DNA of 50,432 nucleotides from a virus: IMG/VR virus record IMGVR_UViG_3300029258_003011; one strand, 5' to 3'. Shown piece by piece: positions 1 to 8,035 of this stretch (position 1 is its first letter; each line of letters starts with the position of its first letter). The notes under the pieces were generated by a model. It saw only the letters and a program-made list of their open reading frames with translations, ran no database searches and was not told where the DNA came from. The position numbers and the translations under genes were made by a program.

Positions 1-576
1 TCTTCCAAATTGTTTAGCAATTTTTGTTGTAGACATCCCTTGATTTAACATATACTTTATTTCTGCTACTTGATGTCTGGTAAGTTTTGACCTAATGAAT
101 CCTACATCCATTGTTCCGTTTTTACGCCTTGTATTTAACTGTCTTTCAATTCTAAGTTTAGTACCAGGACTTCCTTTTTTTAACAAATTTCTATGATTAT
201 CAGATATTTGTCTTCCGACTGTGTGTAAATGCATATGCTCAGTTTTCAATACTAACATTACATTCCACTCTTCATCATTCCAATGATTTCCATCTTCATG
301 ATGAAGTTCCCATCTCCAATATGTCCCACTTCTTTCGTTTCCCAAAAAATCTTGATCCGGAAGATCAGGGAATTTAAAATTTAATTCTGGATGACTTAAA
401 AAGTAAAACAAATGAGATTTAGAAATATCATATCCTTTCAAATATGAACCATCTCTTGCATTTGCAAAATTACAATCATCACATACATCCAATGCTTCAA
501 TTTTTTGTTTTAAGTTACAAGATCTGCATTCCGCCCTTATCAATAATTTTATTTTATCAATATCCTTCTCTATTTG
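1..576 (-). CDS. HNH homing endonuclease (5' part; gene continues beyond window start)
   Basis: Minus-strand ORF starts at ATG 576 (SD GGGAG upstream) and runs off coordinate 1. It has an N-terminal CxxC...CxxC cluster and the HNH core 'LHHEDGNHWNDEEWNVMLVLKTEHMHLH'. Its 5' end overlaps the PRTase gene 3' end by about 20 nt. It is absent from the ORF track because no stop lies in the window. Confidence 0.55.
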
Positions 577-1042
577 GTATCTCATCCGGTCTCTCCCAAG
601 GAAAGATGCACCAATCCAAAGTTTCAAATACATAGAAATCTGGTTTGAATAACACACCTTTCAAATCGGTTCTTGGTTTGAAGATTAACGTTGCTGTTTT
701 TATATGAGTAGAATCATCATACCATAAATAAAATAACTCTTTTAAAGTTTTTCCAGTATCCGTAAGATCATCCACCACAAGAATTTCATCATTTCTGTAT
801 TCAACTCTTTCTACCTCTTCCTTGTCTGCAGCCATTGGAATATCAAGATGATGTGATAAATGAAGTGCTATTGGCAATCCTCCTCTTGGAATCCCATAAA
901 TTAATTTTATAGAATCCTTATGAGGATAGATCATATTTGTGAGAAGAGTTACAGCATGACCATATAAGTCATATGTTATTTGAGTCTTTCCAGTTCCGCC
1001 TATTTGAGTCTTTCCCATATCACCTCCACAGTATTTCGCCAA
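557..1042 (-). CDS. Type I phosphoribosyltransferase, xanthine-guanine PRTase (gpt)-like
   Basis: PRPP-binding motif 'ILVVDDLTDTGKTL' and 'GIPRGGLPIALHLSHHLDI' align with the E. coli Gpt motifs (AVSRGGLVPGALLARELGI / FIVIDDLVDTGGTA). Length 161 aa is close to Gpt (152 aa). Confidence 0.7.
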   Translation of the reverse strand: MAKYCGGDMGKTQIGGTGKTQITYDLYGHAVTLLTNMIYPHKDSIKLIYGIPRGGLPIALHLSHHLDIPMAADKEEVERVEYRNDEILVVDDLTDTGKTLKELFYLWYDDSTHIKTATLIFKPRTDLKGVLFKPDFYVFETLDWCIFPWERPDEIPNREGY

Positions 1043-1415
1043 AGTATTTTTCGAATCTTACATATGCGAAATTATGATCTTCTTTGAAGTCCTCAACTGA
1101 CTTTGATCCATAGTGCTTCAGAATGCTGACTTTTATATCATTTAAAGAAACATATTTCAATGTTTCTTTTACAATATCTAAAGCACCTCCGGACAATTCC
1201 CTATGGACATTCTCTGTGATTAAATGAAATACACATTCCAAAGGGATATTAACACAAGATGCTACTTTATTCTTTTTTCTTGAAGCAATCCATTCATGGT
1301 CATAACATTTATCAAATACCAAACATTCTTTATTTATACACCATACGTTATTTGATAAATCTGCTTCCATTGGACCACCACAGCATTCGCATTTTAATCC
1401 ACTTATCATTTTCAT
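1020..1415 (-). CDS. Hypothetical protein with N-terminal Zn-ribbon (CECCGG...CINKEC)
   Basis: 131-aa ORF overlapping neighbours by 4-23 nt (operon-like). Cys cluster at N-terminus. No recognisable catalytic motif. Confidence 0.4.
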   Translation of the reverse strand: MKMISGLKCECCGGPMEADLSNNVWCINKECLVFDKCYDHEWIASRKKNKVASCVNIPLECVFHLITENVHRELSGGALDIVKETLKYVSLNDIKVSILKHYGSKSVEDFKEDHNFAYVRFEKYFGEILWR

Positions 1416-2416
1416 ACCTCCTCGACACTATCTATAATCTCTTTGGCAACCTCCATATGAATTTCTCTTAATTCAATAGGAACTTCCTTTACCTCCATAA
1501 ACCTAGATAGTTTATCATTAAGAGACATAGATTGATTGATTCCTCTATTTGTTATATCTCTTTCGGTTTTATCAACAACTCTGAACTCTTCGATTATATC
1601 AGAGTCATCTACAACTTCAAGTTTATTGATTTTTACATGATGCCCATCTTCCTGTAATTGTCTTGCCTGAGTTATAATCTCATTCTTATTTTCAGAAGTA
1701 AGCTCTAACTCATAATGCTGTTTATAACCAGAAGTTGGGATTGAATCACATGTTCCTTGAATGGTATCAATTACCAGAAACCTCTTCACTTCATTTTTTT
1801 CGCCCCAGTCCATTTGCATAATAGATCCAACATAAGTTACATTACCTACAGTTTGACCTTTATGATAATGTCCAAGATAACAGTGTTTATATTGTCTTAG
1901 GTCGGTCAAACCCATGTCCGATACTATTGATATACCACTGTTCAATTCTGCCTCATTTAACCCAAAGTGCGAGATTAAATAGTCTTCTGTTCCATTCTTT
2001 ATGGAGTCTTCCATTGTTTTTGCATTCCATGGTACAAACAATATATTCTCTTTTACCATTGGAGTGTGCAACATCTCTACTCCATTAACAGCGTCTAAAC
2101 ATTTTAGAGCTGAAACCCCATCGCCTGATTTGCTTGACATATCATGATTTCCGTCAATGATTATAAAAACGAGTCCCTTCTTTGTATAGTCATCAACATA
2201 ATCAAGCAATATAGATTGTGCCATAGAATGTATAATGCTTTTGGTATGAAACACATCTCCGCCAATTACAATATACGGGATTTTATGTTCTAAAGCATAT
2301 TCAGCAATTTGCCTCAACACTTTATTAAGGTTAAATAACCTTTCAGGAAGACCTTGTACATATGGATCTTGACCATATAAACTCAAATGAACGTCCGCTA
2401 TATAAATGAATCTCAT
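1412..2416 (-). CDS. SbcD/Mre11-family nuclease (calcineurin-like phosphoesterase)
   Basis: Metallophosphoesterase motifs in order: 'ADVHL', 'GGDVFH', 'DGNHD', 'HFG', 'GHYH'. 334 aa, similar in size to T4 gp47. Confidence 0.8.
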   Translation of the reverse strand: MRFIYIADVHLSLYGQDPYVQGLPERLFNLNKVLRQIAEYALEHKIPYIVIGGDVFHTKSIIHSMAQSILLDYVDDYTKKGLVFIIIDGNHDMSSKSGDGVSALKCLDAVNGVEMLHTPMVKENILFVPWNAKTMEDSIKNGTEDYLISHFGLNEAELNSGISIVSDMGLTDLRQYKHCYLGHYHKGQTVGNVTYVGSIMQMDWGEKNEVKRFLVIDTIQGTCDSIPTSGYKQHYELELTSENKNEIITQARQLQEDGHHVKINKLEVVDDSDIIEEFRVVDKTERDITNRGINQSMSLNDKLSRFMEVKEVPIELREIHMEVAKEIIDSVEEV

Positions 2417-2418
2417 GA

Positions 2419-2706
2419 TTACTCCTTATTATACTCTATTAATCGAGTTGCTACTTCTTTACATTTTTCAAGACCAATATTGTATTTTGAACATGGACAA
2501 GAGTGTCCTTCAGGATGCTTTAACCAATCAAATATTGGATTTTTGAATACTTCAGCACATATACTACAACATTCTTCATCCTCGTCATCGTATTCTGTAT
2601 CCATTAAAAAGGGACAAATATCTATTCTTGTAGTACTCATCTCTACCCATCTTGTTAATTGACCTATTCGCTCATCTGGCAACTTTATTATACTTATATC
2701 AACCAT
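2419..2706 (-). CDS. Hypothetical Cys-rich acidic small protein
   Basis: 95-aa ORF with 'CCSIC' and 'HSCPC' motifs, tightly packed between SbcD-like and RtcB genes. Confidence 0.35.
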   Translation of the reverse strand: MVDISIIKLPDERIGQLTRWVEMSTTRIDICPFLMDTEYDDEDEECCSICAEVFKNPIFDWLKHPEGHSCPCSKYNIGLEKCKEVATRLIEYNKE

Positions 2707-2711
2707 TTTTA

Positions 2712-3842
2712 TTACCCCTTCGCATTTATTATGGGTCTTATAAAATCGACCACGTCAATAACAATTCCTTCCTGCTTTGCTATAACCTGTGACAAATCTT
2801 TATAAGCATCAGGAGCTTCTTCCAGTATTGATTTATCCAATCTGCAAGTGATTCCCTGCATCTGCTTTTTCACTTCATCAAGTTTTATTGTTTCCTTTGC
2901 TTTGGTTCTTGAGTATTTTCTTCCTGCTCCATGAGAAGCAGAATTTAGATATTCTTCATTACCAAGACCTTTTGTGATATAAATTCCAGTTTTCATACTT
3001 CCTGGAACTACGCCCAATTGATCTTTTTCTGCTGGAGTTGCTCCCTTTCTATGAAGAACATCATTTCCAATAATTTCAACCGTATTATGATTTTCATGAA
3101 TCATATTCTCATCCATCAATCTCATGATTTCTTGAGGTTTAAATCCAATGACATGAAGAACATTATTCATCATAATACTTCTACTCATTTCAGCAAAGTT
3201 TCTTGCAAATATCAAATCATTTACATATTGCTGACCAACGTCTCCATGTAAATGTAAAAATCCTTTAGGTAGATCTTTATCTACACGTTTTGATATTTTC
3301 ATATAATACTGTGCTATCAACCAACCAGGTTTTCTTGAACCACTATGAACAGTTGCACAAAGATTTCCTTTTCTATTTGCCCCTATTTCAATAAAGTGAT
3401 TTCCACTTCCTAAAGTTCCTAATTGATTCAATTTTGATGATACTTCTTTACTTAACTCCTTATCTCCGGATGCTGATTTGAACTCTTCAAATCTTTTTGA
3501 AAACTTATTTCTTGCTTTTCCTACTCCACAAGGAATAACCTCAAAAATTCTATTGAAGATTTCTACTCTTTTTCTTTCATCTTTTATAATATCTGAGAAT
3601 GGAATTTCTGTAATTACACATATCATTCCGCAATCAATATCATAACCTACATATGGTGGAGATATCACATTATCAAGCAATGCAACTCCTCCAATTGGTA
3701 AAGAATAACCAGCATGGACATCTGGCATTATTGCAAGAGCTTTAAGAAAATCTAACCTTAAAGCGTCATACATTTGCTGTTGCGCTTTTTGTTCAATCTC
3801 TTCTATTGGAATCAATGTTCTCAATTTATCGAGTACGCTCAC
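2712..3842 (-). CDS. rtcB: RtcB-family RNA 3'-phosphate/5'-OH ligase
   Basis: RtcB signature motifs are present: 'MPDVHAGYSLPIGGV', 'GYDIDCGM', 'GSGNHFIEIG', 'HSGSRKPG' and 'NSASHGAGR' (GMP-attachment His). Confidence 0.85.
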   Translation of the reverse strand: MSVLDKLRTLIPIEEIEQKAQQQMYDALRLDFLKALAIMPDVHAGYSLPIGGVALLDNVISPPYVGYDIDCGMICVITEIPFSDIIKDERKRVEIFNRIFEVIPCGVGKARNKFSKRFEEFKSASGDKELSKEVSSKLNQLGTLGSGNHFIEIGANRKGNLCATVHSGSRKPGWLIAQYYMKISKRVDKDLPKGFLHLHGDVGQQYVNDLIFARNFAEMSRSIMMNNVLHVIGFKPQEIMRLMDENMIHENHNTVEIIGNDVLHRKGATPAEKDQLGVVPGSMKTGIYITKGLGNEEYLNSASHGAGRKYSRTKAKETIKLDEVKKQMQGITCRLDKSILEEAPDAYKDLSQVIAKQEGIVIDVVDFIRPIINAKG

Positions 3843-3852
3843 GGTTTCCTCC

Positions 3853-5256
3853 TTATTCGCCTTTGATTAAAGAAAGTGCCATCTGTTCGTCGACTACTAC
3901 CTTTCTAAAATCTCTAGTTATCATAATAAAATTCACTACAAATCCTTTTTCTCTGTAATACTTTAATCGGTTATAAAATGAAGTTCTTATTCTTCCACAA
4001 CCAATATCAACAAAATCTATAACAATAGGAGTTCGTTTTCCCTCAGATTCCCTATTCACTCTTCCAACCATTTGAGCAATATTTGATATTGGGGATGTCA
4101 TTATTAAACAATCAAGATCTTTTTGATCTACACCATCTCTTATTTTTCCAGGTGTTGAAAATACTACCTGTTCTTTTAGTGCTTCATTTTTCACTCCAGC
4201 AATAAACTTTGATTTACTTGTTACTGGAATCCAATCATAAAGAATATCAATCAATTTAATTCTTTCACATACACATAATAAATGCCTATCATTCATAAAT
4301 TTTTCTAATAAAGCTTTTATTACAGTCATGAATGGTTTTGAATTCTTTATTAAATTTAAATATCTTGATCTTTGAAAATTGCCCTCCCAGTTTAAATACT
4401 TAAACCTTCGAGGAGTATCTATATCGAAATCTAACAACATTACATTAACTCTTGACCTCATTGTTCCTGATGTATCTTCATCTGAAAATGTAGGTCCAAC
4501 GTGAAAATCAATTATGTCAGAATTTCCGTCGTGTCTAAATGGAGTTGCACTCAAACCATAATTATATTTAGTCGGCATATGAATTGCACATTCTGAAAAA
4601 CTTGGAGCGCCAACTGTGGTATGAACTTCATCTCCAATGAAAATTCCAATATTAGCATTATGTAATGCAACAAGGAATTCTTGTCTTTTTCTTTTAAGTA
4701 AAGATAATACAGTCTGAACCTTTGCTAAGATTATTGGTTTTTTCAAATCCTCCTCAAATGAAGAAGACCTTAAATCTGCTATTTGATCTTTTGATATATC
4801 GCTGAATTGAAGAAATCTATCTTGCCATTGCTCAACTAATGAATCCCTATGAACAATAACTATTGTCTTTTTCTTCCTTTCACAAACTGTTGCAATACTT
4901 ATTACTGTCTTTCCAACTCCTGGTTGTAATTCAATCATTGCTTGATCTTTTCTAAGCATATGATTTATTGCATTCTGTTGAAGCGAGTTCCTTGGAGTAA
5001 TACAATGAGATATTGAAATATCCTCTCCAGGATTACTCGCATCAACTATTTTGCATTTGACATATTTAGAAAGAGGGAAGAATCTTGGAATTATAAGGAA
5101 TTTTTCAGATTCGATATAAAACGTATTATACGTGTAAGATTCGCTATTATACTGTTTTGTTCGCCTGACTAAAAAATCTTTTACCTGAGTATACCACATC
5201 GTGTTCTCATATTCTCTTGGTATCGCTATTCCCGAGCGCCTCTTAAATTCCAGCAT
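3853..5256 (-). CDS. SF2 DExH-box helicase (UvsW/XPB/type-III-res-like)
   Basis: Walker A 'LQPGVGKT', motif II 'GDEVHTT', motif III 'GLSATP', motifs V/VI 'VFSTPGKIRDGVD...QMVGRVNR'. Confidence 0.75.
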   Translation of the reverse strand: MLEFKRRSGIAIPREYENTMWYTQVKDFLVRRTKQYNSESYTYNTFYIESEKFLIIPRFFPLSKYVKCKIVDASNPGEDISISHCITPRNSLQQNAINHMLRKDQAMIELQPGVGKTVISIATVCERKKKTIVIVHRDSLVEQWQDRFLQFSDISKDQIADLRSSSFEEDLKKPIILAKVQTVLSLLKRKRQEFLVALHNANIGIFIGDEVHTTVGAPSFSECAIHMPTKYNYGLSATPFRHDGNSDIIDFHVGPTFSDEDTSGTMRSRVNVMLLDFDIDTPRRFKYLNWEGNFQRSRYLNLIKNSKPFMTVIKALLEKFMNDRHLLCVCERIKLIDILYDWIPVTSKSKFIAGVKNEALKEQVVFSTPGKIRDGVDQKDLDCLIMTSPISNIAQMVGRVNRESEGKRTPIVIDFVDIGCGRIRTSFYNRLKYYREKGFVVNFIMITRDFRKVVVDEQMALSLIKGE

Positions 5257-5273
5257 CTTCCCTCTCTCCGTCC

Positions 5274-5687
5274 CTATTCTTCCGTATACGTTGCTTTTGA
5301 GTTTTCATTTTCAAAAATGGTTACATAATCCATATAAATACCTCTCGGCAATCTCTGCTGAATTGAAAAGAATAATACATGACTTAATCTTTCAGCAGTA
5401 GGATCAAATGGAAAAGTCATAAGTCTCATATCAGAACATACATTAGCAAGTTCTTCATCTTCTTTATTGAGAAGAAGACAATGATCCCATAAATCAAGAG
5501 ATTCATTTACCAGCGCTTTCAGTTCTGAAAAGTCCATTACCATATCATTGTCATTCAATTCTCTTGATTTTATTCCAATGTGTACGGTAAGATTATGACC
5601 ATGAATGTTCTTACATCGACCAGCATGTTTGCTGAGACGATGACCGGTTGGAACATGGAATTTTTTGTCTATCTTATACATTAACAA
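5274..5687 (-). CDS. queD: QueD-like 6-carboxy-tetrahydropterin / 6-pyruvoyl-tetrahydropterin synthase
   Basis: 137 aa with the QueD/PTPS Zn-binding signature 'CKNIHGHN' and N-terminal 'HVPTGHRLSKHAGRC' (CxxxHGH family). Confidence 0.7.
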   Translation of the reverse strand: MLMYKIDKKFHVPTGHRLSKHAGRCKNIHGHNLTVHIGIKSRELNDNDMVMDFSELKALVNESLDLWDHCLLLNKEDEELANVCSDMRLMTFPFDPTAERLSHVLFFSIQQRLPRGIYMDYVTIFENENSKATYTEE

Positions 5688-5696
5688 TTTCCTCCT

Positions 5697-6008
5697 TTAC
5701 TCACATGGTTGTGCTTTTATATCGCCCCAGTTGTCTTTTTCTCCAACAAATAGGACCTTGCTATCTAACATTATTGCCAGATATCCATCTTGACAAAATA
5801 CGGTATTCGTTCTCCCTGTTTCATCAACAACATCATGAGATTTGGGGTCTTCGTCTCTCACGATACCTTTTGTTTCAACCACAATAGTTCTGAGATCGTC
5901 TTTATTTTCTTTAAGAAATTCACTCAATTTCGGAACTGCAATTGAAGCCAAAATGCTTATAATTACAATAACAATCATAAGTTCGATTAACGTAAATCCT
6001 TTTCGCAT
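5697..6008 (-). CDS. Type IV pilin / pseudopilin-like protein (prepilin N-terminal methylation motif)
   Basis: N-terminus 'MRKGFTLIELMIVIVIISILASIAV' is a classic class III signal peptide (G|FTLIELM...). 103 aa. Confidence 0.7.
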   Translation of the reverse strand: MRKGFTLIELMIVIVIISILASIAVPKLSEFLKENKDDLRTIVVETKGIVRDEDPKSHDVVDETGRTNTVFCQDGYLAIMLDSKVLFVGEKDNWGDIKAQPCE

Positions 6009-6017
6009 GGTATCTCC

Positions 6018-7346
6018 TTATCTCAAATTATCATATTGGTTTAATACAAACGGTTGAATATTCGACAGATTTGCTTGGCAATCAGAAACCTTTCCTTGTA
6101 ATGAGGTGGTATCCGTATGAAATGTAAACAGTTTTGAAATCTTATATTTAGATAAGACTCCTTTGATAATTTCCTTGCTTATTTCATCATTTGCGGAAAC
6201 ACTTGAAGCATGAATATTATCAACTACCACGTCAATATCAAAAGTGACATTTTGCCTTATCTCATCCGAGATATATGGTCTGACTCTTTCGATATTATTA
6301 TACTCAGAAATCAATTCATTTGCCCTATCAATTTCATGAAGAAGCATTTTTTCATTCACTTTAATGAAATGATTAAATGTGTTCATTAGCATATCATCAA
6401 CCGAAGCTCTTATCACTCCTCCGTTGCCTGATGAAAGAAGAATCTCAAATGGAATAGTTCCTTTCAAAACCTTCTCCATCTTTTTTACAAATTTCGTAAA
6501 AATCTTATCTCTATTCCTTTGTTTTAGAACTGTAAAAACAATATTAGTTCCAACTGTATCATTTGATAGATCCATGAAACCGACATCATTAATATCAAGC
6601 TCTGCTTTAAATTTTGATAAGATTGACTCGAATCTTTTGCCGGGTGGCCATGATTGTACCGTTGCTTTACAAAGTCCTCTATTGACACCCAATACTCCAT
6701 GAACATCAATCTTTGCTTTTCCGGTGGTTAAAAGTTCTTCAAGAACTGTATTGTTTGAATCAATAGCACAGTCTGTTATTGGTTTTATAGTCGGTTTAGT
6801 CTTTCTTTTACCGAGCAACCACAACAATCGTCTATAAAGATCTACCGTTTTATAACATGGTATTACAGTTCTAAAACCAAACCCAATGCCCTGTGTAAAT
6901 TCATTTCCCATTAAACAGAAAGGAAACATTGTTGGGAGATATTCTGGTTCATCATCCATCTCGCTTTCAACCCAATTTACATGCTTGATATACTTGAATG
7001 CCATTCTCTCCGTTGTTGGATTCATTTTACATTCTGTATATCTTTGAGCAGCAAATCCCATTGGTTCAACGCCCAGATTAAAACCAAAGTTCCCTTGTCC
7101 GGTAAGGAAACCTTGATTTACCATCTGGACGATTGTTCCATATGCTCCAGCATGAGGATGAAATTTTGCCATACATGTGCCTTCAACTCTAGCACTCTTT
7201 ACCAGTTTATCCCTTGCTACCATATAGGCAGTTAACAATACTCGTCTTTCTACCGGTTTCAGTCCATCCACATCAAGAGGAAAAGATCTGAAGGAATTTA
7301 CATATTTGCCATATGCCCTATAATATTCAGGAATTATCCGATTCAT
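6018..7346 (-). CDS. DNA topoisomerase II medium subunit (GyrA N-terminal breakage-reunion domain; T4 gp52-like)
   Basis: 'DGLKPVERRVLL' and 'KSARVEGTCMAKFHPHAGAYGTIVQMVNQ' match GyrA/ParC N-terminal motifs. 442 aa equals T4 gp52 length. Confidence 0.85.
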   Translation of the reverse strand: MNRIIPEYYRAYGKYVNSFRSFPLDVDGLKPVERRVLLTAYMVARDKLVKSARVEGTCMAKFHPHAGAYGTIVQMVNQGFLTGQGNFGFNLGVEPMGFAAQRYTECKMNPTTERMAFKYIKHVNWVESEMDDEPEYLPTMFPFCLMGNEFTQGIGFGFRTVIPCYKTVDLYRRLLWLLGKRKTKPTIKPITDCAIDSNNTVLEELLTTGKAKIDVHGVLGVNRGLCKATVQSWPPGKRFESILSKFKAELDINDVGFMDLSNDTVGTNIVFTVLKQRNRDKIFTKFVKKMEKVLKGTIPFEILLSSGNGGVIRASVDDMLMNTFNHFIKVNEKMLLHEIDRANELISEYNNIERVRPYISDEIRQNVTFDIDVVVDNIHASSVSANDEISKEIIKGVLSKYKISKLFTFHTDTTSLQGKVSDCQANLSNIQPFVLNQYDNLR

Positions 7347-8035
7347 TCTGCTCCCCTCATATTTTCATTTACTCTCCGTGCCTCACAAATCAACAGTTTT
7401 TCATATATCTCATTTCTGTCATCATATGTAAGTGGAGAACCTCTGGTAACAATTATATTGAAAATATCCTTTGCTTCCTGGCATCTCTTCATCAAAAAGC
7501 GAAGTTCTTCATATTCTTCAAGAGGAAGAAGATCATCGTTATCAACTCTGGTCGCTATAGGATTTTTTGGCGGAGACGGTTTTCCAGAATATGATTTTTT
7601 TGATGGTATTGCTTTAGCAATTCTGGTTTTCTTCTGTGGTTTTATAGTTTCTCCTAAGAGTTTTCTATACCACGTTGGATCGACAGAATTAAATTTTGCT
7701 TTTTCTTTTTTAGTTATGGTATCTTCACTCCAATTGCTATCCATAACCATTGTCACCGTATTGATTTTTTCAATCACAGAAGCAATATCTTTAAATGGAA
7801 AAGAATTATCATCCGGTCTTACTTTTCTTGCTCTTACTGCATTCCTTATGGGAAGAAGTTTCTTTTGATTCCATTGCTTTTCTACAGCATCATAAAGAAT
7901 TTTCTCCTGTGCCGTCATCATAGCAAATGCTTGTGCTGCTACCTCGTCTCCTTCCTCATATATACAAGAGTATAAAGATAACGCCATCAGCAAAGAAAGC
8001 GCTATCATAATGTATTTTCGTATCATATCTCCCAA
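7343..8035 (-). CDS. Hypothetical secreted/lipoprotein-like protein
   Basis: N-terminal hydrophobic signal 'IMIALSLLMALSLYSC' with a lipobox-like L-x-S-C. Basic K-rich middle region. Lies between the two topoisomerase genes. Confidence 0.4.
   Translation of the reverse strand: MGDMIRKYIMIALSLLMALSLYSCIYEEGDEVAAQAFAMMTAQEKILYDAVEKQWNQKKLLPIRNAVRARKVRPDDNSFPFKDIASVIEKINTVTMVMDSNWSEDTITKKEKAKFNSVDPTWYRKLLGETIKPQKKTRIAKAIPSKKSYSGKPSPPKNPIATRVDNDDLLPLEEYEELRFLMKRCQEAKDIFNIIVTRGSPLTYDDRNEIYEKLLICEARRVNENMRGAE

Noticed and set aside
444-635. Plus-strand 63-aa ORF
   Set aside because: It lies antisense within the HNH/PRTase minus-strand genes. It has no SD and no motif, and is consistent with the general plus-strand shadow-ORF pattern in this all-minus window.
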